DNA of 64,000 nt from Spirochaetia bacterium. Lineage in GTDB: Bacteria; Spirochaetota; Spirochaetia; SP-2023. The DNA lies in contig CBDDCK010000005.1 in NCBI GenBank assembly GCA_965225855.1, positions 544,001-608,000 on the forward strand, in the 5' to 3' direction. Below, piece after piece: positions 49,904 to 58,796 of this stretch (position 1 is its first letter; each line of letters starts with the position of its first letter). The notes beneath the pieces are model-generated. The model worked only from the letters and a program-made list of their open reading frames with translations, was not told the origin of the DNA and ran no database searches. The translations under genes and the position numbers were made by a program.

Positions 49904-50923
49904 TTATTTTTCAAAAGATTTTCTCTTGATGAACAATCGAGAGAAACGTTGCCAAAGACTAGCTGGTTTGCTTTGGCTGTAGCTAGTTACAGCATCTTCC
50001 AGTGGGACGTCTTGTCCATGCAAATCTTTGAGGTCTTGCCAATGAGAAATCAACCAAATGTATAGGTCGGCTGCTGTTCGTTCGGGGAATTGGGCTAAAA
50101 GGCCTTCTTGGTGGATGAGTTTTAAAATTGGCTCAAATAGATTTTCATACCAAGATTGGGCTGCTTGACTGAAACTTATGGTAATATCGTTAAGTTCGGC
50201 AAGTACGGGATTGAGCTGGCTGATTTGTGCTACTTCGCAGGATTCAGCTTGTGGGGGATTGCTTTGTGTATTTTCTCGGTACTCTTGTTCGACAAAATGT
50301 TTATGGCCCATGATATGCTGTATAATAATGGAATAAGAGCCAGTGGCTGTTACCACAAGCTGCGTTGTATCAATAAAATTTGCTAAACGAGTTTCCTTTA
50401 AAATCATATTCTTTTCGTATTCCAACATACGGTGCAGAATCTTATTTGGGGTCATGTTCGCGCTAAGATAAATAGAAGAAATCACTTCTGTAACTTCGGC
50501 ATCAATCATTTCCATACCACTGGTACGGGCTACCGAAACCCGGTGGTTGCCATCGCGTATGAAATAAGCATCTCCCACCTTAAAAAGCTGGATTGGCGGC
50601 AGGATAATATCTTGTTGTGTTGCTGTTTTTATTCGAACCCAACGCTCCTGAAGGTGATTGGCTTTTGGTAAAAACGATCGGGTAAAATCTTGGTAACGCC
50701 CTTCACTACCAACAATATTTTTTATGGGAATAACTTGTAAACCTAAGTATTTTTCTTGTTTTTTATCACCTAGTAGTTTACGAACATCGTAAAAAGATAA
50801 TAGTTTATTGTGTTCATTGGGCCTGATTATATTGACAAGGCTGTTGAGCAAGGCTTTCTGGCGCAGTTTATAGAAATTTTCTCTAGCTTGAATCTTGAGT
50901 TGACTTTCATCGATAGGGCCCAT
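49904..50923 (-). CDS. ParB/Srx-like N-terminal domain protein (DUF4032-like C-terminus)
   Basis: IVGSEGRYQDFTRSFLP, LPPIQLFKVGDAYFIRDGNHRVSVAR and FPERTAADLYIW motifs. Confidence 0.75.
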   Translation of the reverse strand: MGPIDESQLKIQARENFYKLRQKALLNSLVNIIRPNEHNKLLSFYDVRKLLGDKKQEKYLGLQVIPIKNIVGSEGRYQDFTRSFLPKANHLQERWVRIKTATQQDIILPPIQLFKVGDAYFIRDGNHRVSVARTSGMEMIDAEVTEVISSIYLSANMTPNKILHRMLEYEKNMILKETRLANFIDTTQLVVTATGSYSIIIQHIMGHKHFVEQEYRENTQSNPPQAESCEVAQISQLNPVLAELNDITISFSQAAQSWYENLFEPILKLIHQEGLLAQFPERTAADLYIWLISHWQDLKDLHGQDVPLEDAVTSYSQSKPASLWQRFSRLFIKRKSFEK

Positions 50924-50942
50924 TGGTTACCTTAGCTCTAGC

Positions 50943-51686
50943 TTATAATTCCAGTTCGTATCGGCTATAAATATTGATAACTTTTGTATTTTTATATTCT
51001 GCAATGCGAGGGCTATTGATGTCGTACAGGTGAATATGGCCGTGTAGTAGATATTTCGGTTTAAATAATTTCATAAACCATAGGAAGACTTTAAAACCTT
51101 TGTGGCATGGGTCATTGCGGTCATTGATACCTTTGGGTGCGGCGTGGGTCAATAAAATATCTAAGTAGCGCCCGTGAAAGATACGGTTCCACAGCATGCG
51201 TGGTGTTAGCAAAAGTATTTTCCAAAGCATCTGGTATTCTGAAAATTGGTTAGCTCCGTTGCTATAGCGTTTGCAGCCTCCTAAACCAGCAATGATCAGT
51301 TTGTGCTCTTTTAAATGGAGTACCCTGCCCCCAACGTAAATACCGCCGCTAACTGTTTTTTGTGATTCATCGTTACAATAAACTATGTTTTGCATCGATT
51401 TGCGATAATGAGATAAAAACTTGAGGTTATGGTTGCCAAAGACAAAATACAGGGGCTTATTGAGCATAGTTACAATGTAATTGTAGTAGTTAAAATAAAG
51501 GTCTCCAGCACTCAAGATAATATCCACATGGGCAAAACGCTGCTCTATACCATTAGAATACACAAGCGGGTCGACATCATCGGCAATGCAAAGAAGACGA
51601 ATAGGAGGAGTGCGATCTATGGCATTTGATTTTTCTATATTATTTTCTAGCAGGTTTATATTATGCATTCGGCCATTATATCCCAT
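50943..51686 (-). CDS. Calcineurin-like metallophosphoesterase
   Basis: IADD, AGDL, VFGNH, LLTHAAP and HGHIH motifs. Confidence 0.9.
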   Translation of the reverse strand: MGYNGRMHNINLLENNIEKSNAIDRTPPIRLLCIADDVDPLVYSNGIEQRFAHVDIILSAGDLYFNYYNYIVTMLNKPLYFVFGNHNLKFLSHYRKSMQNIVYCNDESQKTVSGGIYVGGRVLHLKEHKLIIAGLGGCKRYSNGANQFSEYQMLWKILLLTPRMLWNRIFHGRYLDILLTHAAPKGINDRNDPCHKGFKVFLWFMKLFKPKYLLHGHIHLYDINSPRIAEYKNTKVINIYSRYELEL

Positions 51687-51799
51687 CTATTGTATCGCGC
51701 AAACAAAAAGTAGTGGAATGGAAAAATTTGTTGATGAGTCAATTCAACTCAAGGTTAAGGGGTTTTTTGTTCTAGCCGTTTGTGTTAGAATCCGCCACT

Positions 51800-53008
51800 A
51801 TGGTTTTTAAGTATATATTATTGCTGGTACTGGCTAACTGGCTGGGCTCACTTACAATAGAGGCCAAACAATTGCCCCCTTTACGCTTTAGTTTCGTTGG
51901 GGACATTATGGCCCACGATAGTAATTATAAGATGCGAGATTTTTCACGGATATATCAGTATATCAAGCCGTTATTGGAGCAAACGGAGCTAAATTTTGCC
52001 AACCTTGAATTTGTGATCGATAATAAACGGCCTTATTCTACTTATCCAGTCTTTAACGTCCATACAGAATATGTAGAGGCAGCTATTGATGCGGGCTTTA
52101 ATATCTTTTCTTTAGCCAACAACCATACTGCAGACTTTGGTTTAACAGGGGTTCGAGCCACAGAACAAAACAGTTATCGGCTGAAACAGCAATATCCTAG
52201 TTTGAGTTTTTCTGGCCTGCGCAGTGAAGGTAAAGCGCTTGACAGTTTTGCCATGGAGGCCATTGAGCAAAAGGGCTGGAATATTGGTTTTACTGCTGTA
52301 AGCATTTTAAGCAATAGCCAAAAGGGCATCGCTGGTATCCAGTATATTGATAGTAATGATGAAGATAAATTAAATGTATTCTACCACTGGCTGGCTAAGC
52401 AGCGGCCTAAATATGATTTGGTTGTAGTGAGTGTCCATGGAGGGTTGGAATACCAGTTCCAACCTTCTGAGAACAAACAGAAAATCATGCGGGCACTGGC
52501 ACGCTATGGGGCAGATATTGTCTGGGGACACCACCCGCATGTACAACAACCTTGGGAGATTTACCAAAACTTTGCCCAAGGCAATCATCAAGTCAATCAT
52601 CAAGTCAATCATCAAGTACAACAGCCAAAACGCAATTGGGCTTTGATTATGTATTCTCAAGGCAATTTCATTTCAGCCCAAACTATACGCACCAAGCCTA
52701 CAAAGCCGCAAGGTTTTTGGGCTGCTACGGGGGATTCGGTTTTATTACAAGTAGAAATTGCAAAAATAGACAGCAAGCTGCAATTGCGTAGTTTACAGCC
52801 ACAATTGCTTTCTACCATACGCTTAAAACCTTTTGCCTTTGCCGTTGTACCTATGGCAAACGCTGCCGAACAAATAGCCAAGCAAGGCTATTCTGGTTGG
52901 GCTAATTTTTATACACAACGACAACGTTGGCTAAAACAACGGGTAGCCCTTTGGCCCAAGCGTTACCACCCTAGTTTGTTCCAGCCTCTGGCTGTTCCAA
53001 TGCAATGA
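51800..53008 (+). CDS. CapA/PGA_cap family metallophosphatase-fold protein
   Basis: FVGDIMAH, FANLE, SLANNH, SVHGG.EY, GHHPHV and YSQGNFIS motifs. Confidence 0.9.
   Translation: MVFKYILLLVLANWLGSLTIEAKQLPPLRFSFVGDIMAHDSNYKMRDFSRIYQYIKPLLEQTELNFANLEFVIDNKRPYSTYPVFNVHTEYVEAAIDAGFNIFSLANNHTADFGLTGVRATEQNSYRLKQQYPSLSFSGLRSEGKALDSFAMEAIEQKGWNIGFTAVSILSNSQKGIAGIQYIDSNDEDKLNVFYHWLAKQRPKYDLVVVSVHGGLEYQFQPSENKQKIMRALARYGADIVWGHHPHVQQPWEIYQNFAQGNHQVNHQVNHQVQQPKRNWALIMYSQGNFISAQTIRTKPTKPQGFWAATGDSVLLQVEIAKIDSKLQLRSLQPQLLSTIRLKPFAFAVVPMANAAEQIAKQGYSGWANFYTQRQRWLKQRVALWPKRYHPSLFQPLAVPMQ
52583..52618 (+). repeat. In-frame 12-bp x3 repeat encoding (NHQV)3 in the CapA-family gene
   Basis: aatcatcaagtc repeated three times. 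Confidence 0.85.
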
Positions 53009-53114
53009 TCAATAGCTTTGGCGCTTTGGCTATATTGGGGCTATATTGGGCTTCCCTTTATTTACCAAGGCTGCAATAGGCCAACCAAGCATTGCTTACC
53101 GCAACAACCAAACC

Positions 53115-54704
53115 CTACTTAACTACTCTAATAGGATTGGTTGTGTCTTCTTTACTACCAGGTACAAATCCTGCTGCTGCTTCAAGGTTATATGGACCAT
53201 TAGCATCACGAACACCAGCCTTAACCAGTATCTTCTCGGCTTTGGCTTTTACAGTACCGCTTAAAATAATAGATAATTCTCCGTCGTCTATATTTTCTTC
53301 ATAAGAACCTGTGGCTGTGTTTTCACCTATTGAGTGCTTAGGTAATTGGTATCTCTTACTACCATCACCGGATACAAGCGTCAATTTGCTAAAGTCCCAC
53401 TCTTCAACTAAGTCCGGGAAACCGCTACCCTCAATATATAACTCGCCTGTATTAGCATAGTATTCTGCTCTGGTGATGCTGGCTGTATACCCAATAACGG
53501 TAATAGGATTGGTTGTGTCTTCAGCGCTACCACCTGCAAAGCCTGCTGCTGCTTCCAGGTTGTATGCACCATTAGCATCACTATCACCATCGTTAACCAG
53601 TATCTTATCGGCTTCCGCTTTTACACTACCCCTTAAAGTAATCTTTAAGCTTGTTGCACTTGCTGCAGAACCTGAGGCTATGTTGCTACCTAAAGTTGAG
53701 TGCCGGGGTAATGGGTATCTTTTACTACCATCACCGGATACAAGCGTCAATTTGCTAAAGTCCCAGCCTGTAACTGCTTTTGGTAAATTAGTACCTGTAA
53801 TCTTTAAGAAGCCTACACCAGCGAAGCCTGTAACAGCATTGTAGGTTGCACTGGTAATTGCGGGTGGGTTTCCACTAACGGCCAAGTCTTTGGCTGTATT
53901 TAAACCCGCCCAAGCACCAGTGCCAACGCTAAGCAACCCTTTTTTTAGACTATCGCTATCCATACCGGGCTTGCCATTCAGAGTAGCTTTATCGTCATCG
54001 GTAAGTTTCAGCCAAAGCGCTGTGCCATCTCTTTTAATACGGTATTTACCTTTTGCAAGACCACGACTATTTAGTCCAGTGGCTGTGGCATCTGCCATAT
54101 AGGAACTTAAGGCTAAGCCATCTACCACGATGGTTTGGATTTGTGCTTGGGTCGCACTACCTAAGTTAGTACCTTGTACGGTTAACAGAGCCGTGCCAAC
54201 ATCGTAGGTTGCACGGGTAATTGCGGAGTTACCACTAACAGTTAAGTCTTTGGCTGTATTTAAACCCGCCCAAGTACCAGAGCTAGTAAGCAACCCGACT
54301 TTTCTACCATCCTTATTCATACCGGGCTTGGCCTGAAGAGCAGCTTTATGTCGATCGGTAAGTCTAAGCCAAAGCGCTGTGCCATCGCTTTTAATACGGT
54401 ACTTACCTTGTTCAATACCGCTACTATCTGGCCCAGTCGGTTTGGCATCTGCAGTATAGGAATTTAAGGCTACGCCATTTCTTTGGCTTCCTACCACGAT
54501 GGTTTGGATTTGCGCTTGGGTCGCACTACCTAAGTGAGTACCTTGTACGGTTAACAGAGCCGTGCCAACATCATACATGGCGTTATTGATAGTCAGCTTA
54601 GACGGCCCAGAAGATGGCTTATCGTCATCGGGTGGGTCGCAGGCAAAGGCCATAAAGGCCAGTAGCCAGGCTACAGGCAATAAAAGTAGTTTGTGCTTAT
54701 TCAT
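53115..54704 (-). CDS. Modular surface lipoprotein, paralog 4 (signal, A, A, B, B; no E/Q stalk)
   Basis: GGAGG RBS and ATG at 54704; ..AFMAFA-C-DPPDDD; shared modules. Confidence 0.9.
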   Translation of the reverse strand: MNKHKLLLLPVAWLLAFMAFACDPPDDDKPSSGPSKLTINNAMYDVGTALLTVQGTHLGSATQAQIQTIVVGSQRNGVALNSYTADAKPTGPDSSGIEQGKYRIKSDGTALWLRLTDRHKAALQAKPGMNKDGRKVGLLTSSGTWAGLNTAKDLTVSGNSAITRATYDVGTALLTVQGTNLGSATQAQIQTIVVDGLALSSYMADATATGLNSRGLAKGKYRIKRDGTALWLKLTDDDKATLNGKPGMDSDSLKKGLLSVGTGAWAGLNTAKDLAVSGNPPAITSATYNAVTGFAGVGFLKITGTNLPKAVTGWDFSKLTLVSGDGSKRYPLPRHSTLGSNIASGSAASATSLKITLRGSVKAEADKILVNDGDSDANGAYNLEAAAGFAGGSAEDTTNPITVIGYTASITRAEYYANTGELYIEGSGFPDLVEEWDFSKLTLVSGDGSKRYQLPKHSIGENTATGSYEENIDDGELSIILSGTVKAKAEKILVKAGVRDANGPYNLEAAAGFVPGSKEDTTNPIRVVK

Positions 54705-54928
54705 AAGCAATACCTCCAAAAATGGGTAACGATTAACCAACCCATAACGTACTAGTGTAATATCGTGTTAGGGGGGAATTGAGTCAAGGTCCATATAAGA
54801 TTTTTGTAAGTTTTTTACAAGTTTTTGTGTGCTTTTTTTATGTTTGGGTACTTTTTTTGTGTGTTAGTGTTGTTTTTTAGTGTTATAAGGTGGTTCAAAA
54901 TCCATGCCAATCAAAAGGCTTAAGGGTG

Positions 54929-54960
54929 TTGGCCTTTGTTTGGCCTTTGTTTGGCCTTTG
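54929..54960. repeat. 11-bp x3 tandem repeat
   Basis: ttggcctttgt repeated three times. Confidence 0.8.
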
Positions 54961-55173
54961 GGGGGTGGGAAAGTGTAGAATTGAATAAAATACTTGATTA
55001 CACCTCAATTACACTATCGGGCAATCTCCAAAAGGTGAAACATTTAATGAAAATGAAAACGGGATATTATTCTTTCAGGGGCGTTCAGAATTTGGCCAAC
55101 GATTGCCGATGATTGTTGTATAGGTCCTTGATTATGTGCCGATGTAGAAAATTTCATTAAAGACTAGGGTATT

Positions 55174-55295
55174 AATAGGTGGGAAGTAAATCTATGGATA
55201 GATTTAGGTCAATTCTATCAATAGGTGGGAGGTAATTCTATGGATAGATTTAGGTCAATTCTATTATATAGATGCGAGATAATTCTATGGATAGA
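55174..55295. repeat. 46-bp tandem repeat, ~2.6 copies
   Basis: aataggtgggaagtaaatctatggatagatttaggtcaattctatc starts at 55174 and 55220; degenerate third copy. Confidence 0.85.
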
Positions 55296-55654
55296 GGGGG
55301 CTGGGGTATTTATTTATCGGTATTGTTCTGCTTTAGCCTTAGCTAAAATTTCTTTTACCAGCCGATTATTAATAATCGGCTGGCTATGTTTTAGGGTTTT
55401 TTTATCTGAAGCCCTTTCGCCTTTACCTTGCGGCTCTTCTGGGTATTTAGTCGGGGCTCTTCACGCAAAGAATTTTGACAATACAGTGTTTCTTGGTTTG
55501 TGGCTTTGGTTTGGGCTCACTGCGAAAATGGTCAGAATGGCAACAACCTAGCTGTTTTGCATTTCTGCAAAATAAAATTGACAGGAAACCTTTTTATCAA
55601 ATACTCACAAAATCAAAGTCTTTACTTGTTGGTTTTGAATTGGGGAGTGCAATT

Positions 55655-58600
55655 GTGAATATTTTGGCAGGTTTGATGTTGCTTATCCAAGTATTGCTAG
55701 ATTTTTATTTACGCTTCAGTAGCCCATTTATAGCATTGAGCCTACTTAGTTTAACTATTTTTATCACTATGCTGCCATTATATACATTGGGTGATTGGCT
55801 ATTGGCCCAAGAAAAGCAACGCAAAAGCAAAGTGCAACCAGAGCTTGATTCTATTGCAGGCTTGCCTAGTGGAAACCGCAAATATTTCTATACCAAAGAA
55901 ATATATCGCAGACATGGCTATAGCCCACTATATGCTTTAACAGGATTATTTGGTTTAGCTGTGCAAGTGCCGTTTTTCTTTGCTGCATATCGTGTACTGC
56001 ATGATTTTCAACCATTTGCAGGTTTCACTGTTGGCCCTTTCCATTTATCCAAACCAGATGCTTTATTACGATTTTCAGGGCTAAGCATCAACTTACTACC
56101 TATCATAATGACTTTGACCAATGTACTCTCATCATACTATCACGCAGAAAGTACCGAAGAAAAACGCAAAATTTGGTTTTTTCCTACATTGTTTTTGCTG
56201 TTGTTGTACCAGGAACCTGTGGCCTTGGTGTTTTACTGGAGCATGAACAATCTGTTTTCATTAATCAAAAACATATGCCATCGGCGCACGTTTGCAATTT
56301 CTGAATGTACTTGGGGCAAATTGCGCCGTATATTGAGCAGCGATATTGCGCTGGGCGCACACCTTGGGCTTTGTTGTTTTGCTGTAATCTTTGCTCTGCT
56401 GTATTTTCTATACACGGACAGCGATAACAACATACCTTCACTATGGATCAATACAGCTCTAATCCTACTGTTTTACTTAGGGCTCTACTATTTTTGTTTG
56501 TCTAACAGATATTATGTAAATAACGTAGGGGTTGAACTTATCAATCTTCAGCAATTTGGGAAAACCGCCAATTTATTGGTTTTGGCTCGGTGGTTGCAGA
56601 TAATATGCCTACTAGGTTCTTTGATTTTACAATTTGGGCTACTGTGCCTTGCTTGGTTGAGCGCACAAAGTGTACTGCAATTTGAGCTACAGCAAATTCT
56701 AAAATTTAGGCAAACAGTACAAACTTTGCGGCCTGTGGCCTTATTGCTAGAATTTTCTGCTGTTGTTCTGGGTTTGCTTTTGTTTGGCTATAAAAATGCC
56801 TTACTTTGGCCTGAAGTACATAATAAACTATTAAAAAAATCCCGCAGGAAGAGTACCAAATACCAAAAACTACAAAGTAATAATTTACGGCGTTATTTTC
56901 TTGCAGTAATGAGCATTTTAATTGCTATTTTTTGGGTTGTGCCTGCTCGTGTGTTTTCTAGCGACCCTGAAACTTTTGAAGGCAATACCAATTTGGCTTC
57001 TTTAGTAGCTAGCTTATTTTTATTCTTTCTTATTGTGTTGCTATTCTTTAGTATACTATATTTTATCTTACCGTTTAGTGCTAAATTTTACAGTTCTTAT
57101 TTGGCCACTATAGGGGCTTGGTTTCTCAATATCAACGTATTTTTGTTACCAGGACACTATGGAGCGATGGAGTTTACTTCATTTAAAAAACCATTGGAAA
57201 TTAGCAATAATACCATTGCAGCCAGTGCTTTGTTATTAGCTCTGTTATTTTTGATTTTACCGGCATTATATTTAAGCTGGCAGAAAAGTGCAGTACTAGA
57301 GAAAGTAAAACGCTTAGATCAAGCTTTAATCTTTTTCTTGGTGTTGCATGGCATCTCTATCATTACTAGCTTTTACAAAATAATCCAGTATCAAATGCAA
57401 ACGCAAAATATTGCTAAAGAAAAACTAGCCAAGGAAGCAAAAGGAGAATCTGAAAAAACGGTGGAGACCAACCAAAATTTAATTCAGTTGAGCCAAAATG
57501 GCCAGAACGCAATTATTTTGGTGTTGGACAAATTTATAGGAAGCATGGTGCCTGAAATCCTAAATGCTAACCCAACACTAGCCAAAATGCTGGACGGCTT
57601 TACTTATTATCCCAATACCGTTTCGCAGTCAAACCAAACTTATGGGGGCTTCCACCCGATTGTCGGGGGCAGTGAATATACCATAGAAAAAATGAACGAA
57701 AATGAACGTTCTTTGGCTACCGACATTGTGGAAGCCTTGACCATGATACCTAAAGCACTTAGCCAAAAGAGTCAAGCCCAGAACCAAGAGAACCAAGCAC
57801 AAGCCCAGCAATTTAATTTTTACTTTGTCAACGTGAAATACTTAATTATGCCTCGTGCACGAGGAGCGTTACAAGAACGCTTTGCTAGCTTGAAAATTAA
57901 AGAGCTGGAAACCAGTTTAGATTACAGCTTGTTGCCCAATCCAAAACAGGTGCGCAGCAACGCAGGAGGCAAACTCAAATGGCAAAACTTTCTGGCAATG
58001 CTTGGAGTCTTCCAAGTATTTGGCCCTATTTTTCGTGAAAAAATTTATGATGATGGCCGCTGGCTAAATACCCTGGGTAGTACAGATTTATGGGCTTCTA
58101 TTGCTTTTTGGGAACCCTACATTCAACTGTTGGGGTTACTACAATGGTTTGAGCCCGACAACAGTCTTGATGGTGCTTATGTTTTAATACATAACCATCT
58201 ACCACACAACACGACTTTTCATGATTCTTATAGTTATTTTGCCAACCAGAAAAATTTTGCATTTCCTTTGTCAAAAATACCCAATGCTTTGCAGCAAGAA
58301 GATACCAAGAATGGAAATAAAAGATTAGCTACGCTGTTTTTAGCCAATTATCAAACTTTGTATCTTATTGCCCAGTGGTTAGAAACATTAAAACAGCAAA
58401 GGCTCTACGACAATACCATAATTTATCTAGTATCCGATCACGGTGAACGCATAAAACAGCGATCGGCGAAAATGCCGTACCAATCGGCTTGGCACAGTTT
58501 GTACATGCATAAAGGGCTCAATGCCCGTGGGCAATTGAAAATTTCCAATGAGTTTCGCACGGTTGCCGATATTCCCGCAGAGTTTCTGCCCGAGTTTGGC

Positions 58601-58795
58601 GTTAGCTATAACCCTTATAGCGGCAGGAAATTAGAGCCTGTGCGCAGCGAGCCTATACCGCTCTATGATATTGTCAGCAACTTGGCCCGCAATGAACAAA
58701 AAGCAGGAAATGACCGCAAATATTTTATTAACGGTTTGTATTATTTGCACAATCGCAATATTTTTGACAATGCCAACTGGCAAAAACAAAAATAA
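55655..58795 (+). CDS. YidC/Oxa1-like membrane domain fused to a multi-TM region and a sulfatase/LtaS-like (alkaline phosphatase superfamily) domain
   Basis: N-terminus: QVPFFFAAY, KPD, LLPIIM, ALVFYWSMNNLFS (YidC core). C-terminus: IILVLD, GFTYYPNT, YDNTIIYLVSDHG. GTG start after GGGGAG. Confidence 0.8.
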   Translation: MNILAGLMLLIQVLLDFYLRFSSPFIALSLLSLTIFITMLPLYTLGDWLLAQEKQRKSKVQPELDSIAGLPSGNRKYFYTKEIYRRHGYSPLYALTGLFGLAVQVPFFFAAYRVLHDFQPFAGFTVGPFHLSKPDALLRFSGLSINLLPIIMTLTNVLSSYYHAESTEEKRKIWFFPTLFLLLLYQEPVALVFYWSMNNLFSLIKNICHRRTFAISECTWGKLRRILSSDIALGAHLGLCCFAVIFALLYFLYTDSDNNIPSLWINTALILLFYLGLYYFCLSNRYYVNNVGVELINLQQFGKTANLLVLARWLQIICLLGSLILQFGLLCLAWLSAQSVLQFELQQILKFRQTVQTLRPVALLLEFSAVVLGLLLFGYKNALLWPEVHNKLLKKSRRKSTKYQKLQSNNLRRYFLAVMSILIAIFWVVPARVFSSDPETFEGNTNLASLVASLFLFFLIVLLFFSILYFILPFSAKFYSSYLATIGAWFLNINVFLLPGHYGAMEFTSFKKPLEISNNTIAASALLLALLFLILPALYLSWQKSAVLEKVKRLDQALIFFLVLHGISIITSFYKIIQYQMQTQNIAKEKLAKEAKGESEKTVETNQNLIQLSQNGQNAIILVLDKFIGSMVPEILNANPTLAKMLDGFTYYPNTVSQSNQTYGGFHPIVGGSEYTIEKMNENERSLATDIVEALTMIPKALSQKSQAQNQENQAQAQQFNFYFVNVKYLIMPRARGALQERFASLKIKELETSLDYSLLPNPKQVRSNAGGKLKWQNFLAMLGVFQVFGPIFREKIYDDGRWLNTLGSTDLWASIAFWEPYIQLLGLLQWFEPDNSLDGAYVLIHNHLPHNTTFHDSYSYFANQKNFAFPLSKIPNALQQEDTKNGNKRLATLFLANYQTLYLIAQWLETLKQQRLYDNTIIYLVSDHGERIKQRSAKMPYQSAWHSLYMHKGLNARGQLKISNEFRTVADIPAEFLPEFGVSYNPYSGRKLEPVRSEPIPLYDIVSNLARNEQKAGNDRKYFINGLYYLHNRNIFDNANWQKQK

Positions 58796-58796
58796 A

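Noticed and set aside
7869..54704. Diversity-generating retroelement or shufflon acting on the lipoproteins
   Set aside because: No reverse transcriptase or intact recombinase is in the window, and the differences between copies do not look adenine-specific.
55225..55551. 108-aa ORF upstream of the YidC fusion
   Set aside because: It runs through the 46-bp repeat and shared flank elements, so it is probably non-coding.
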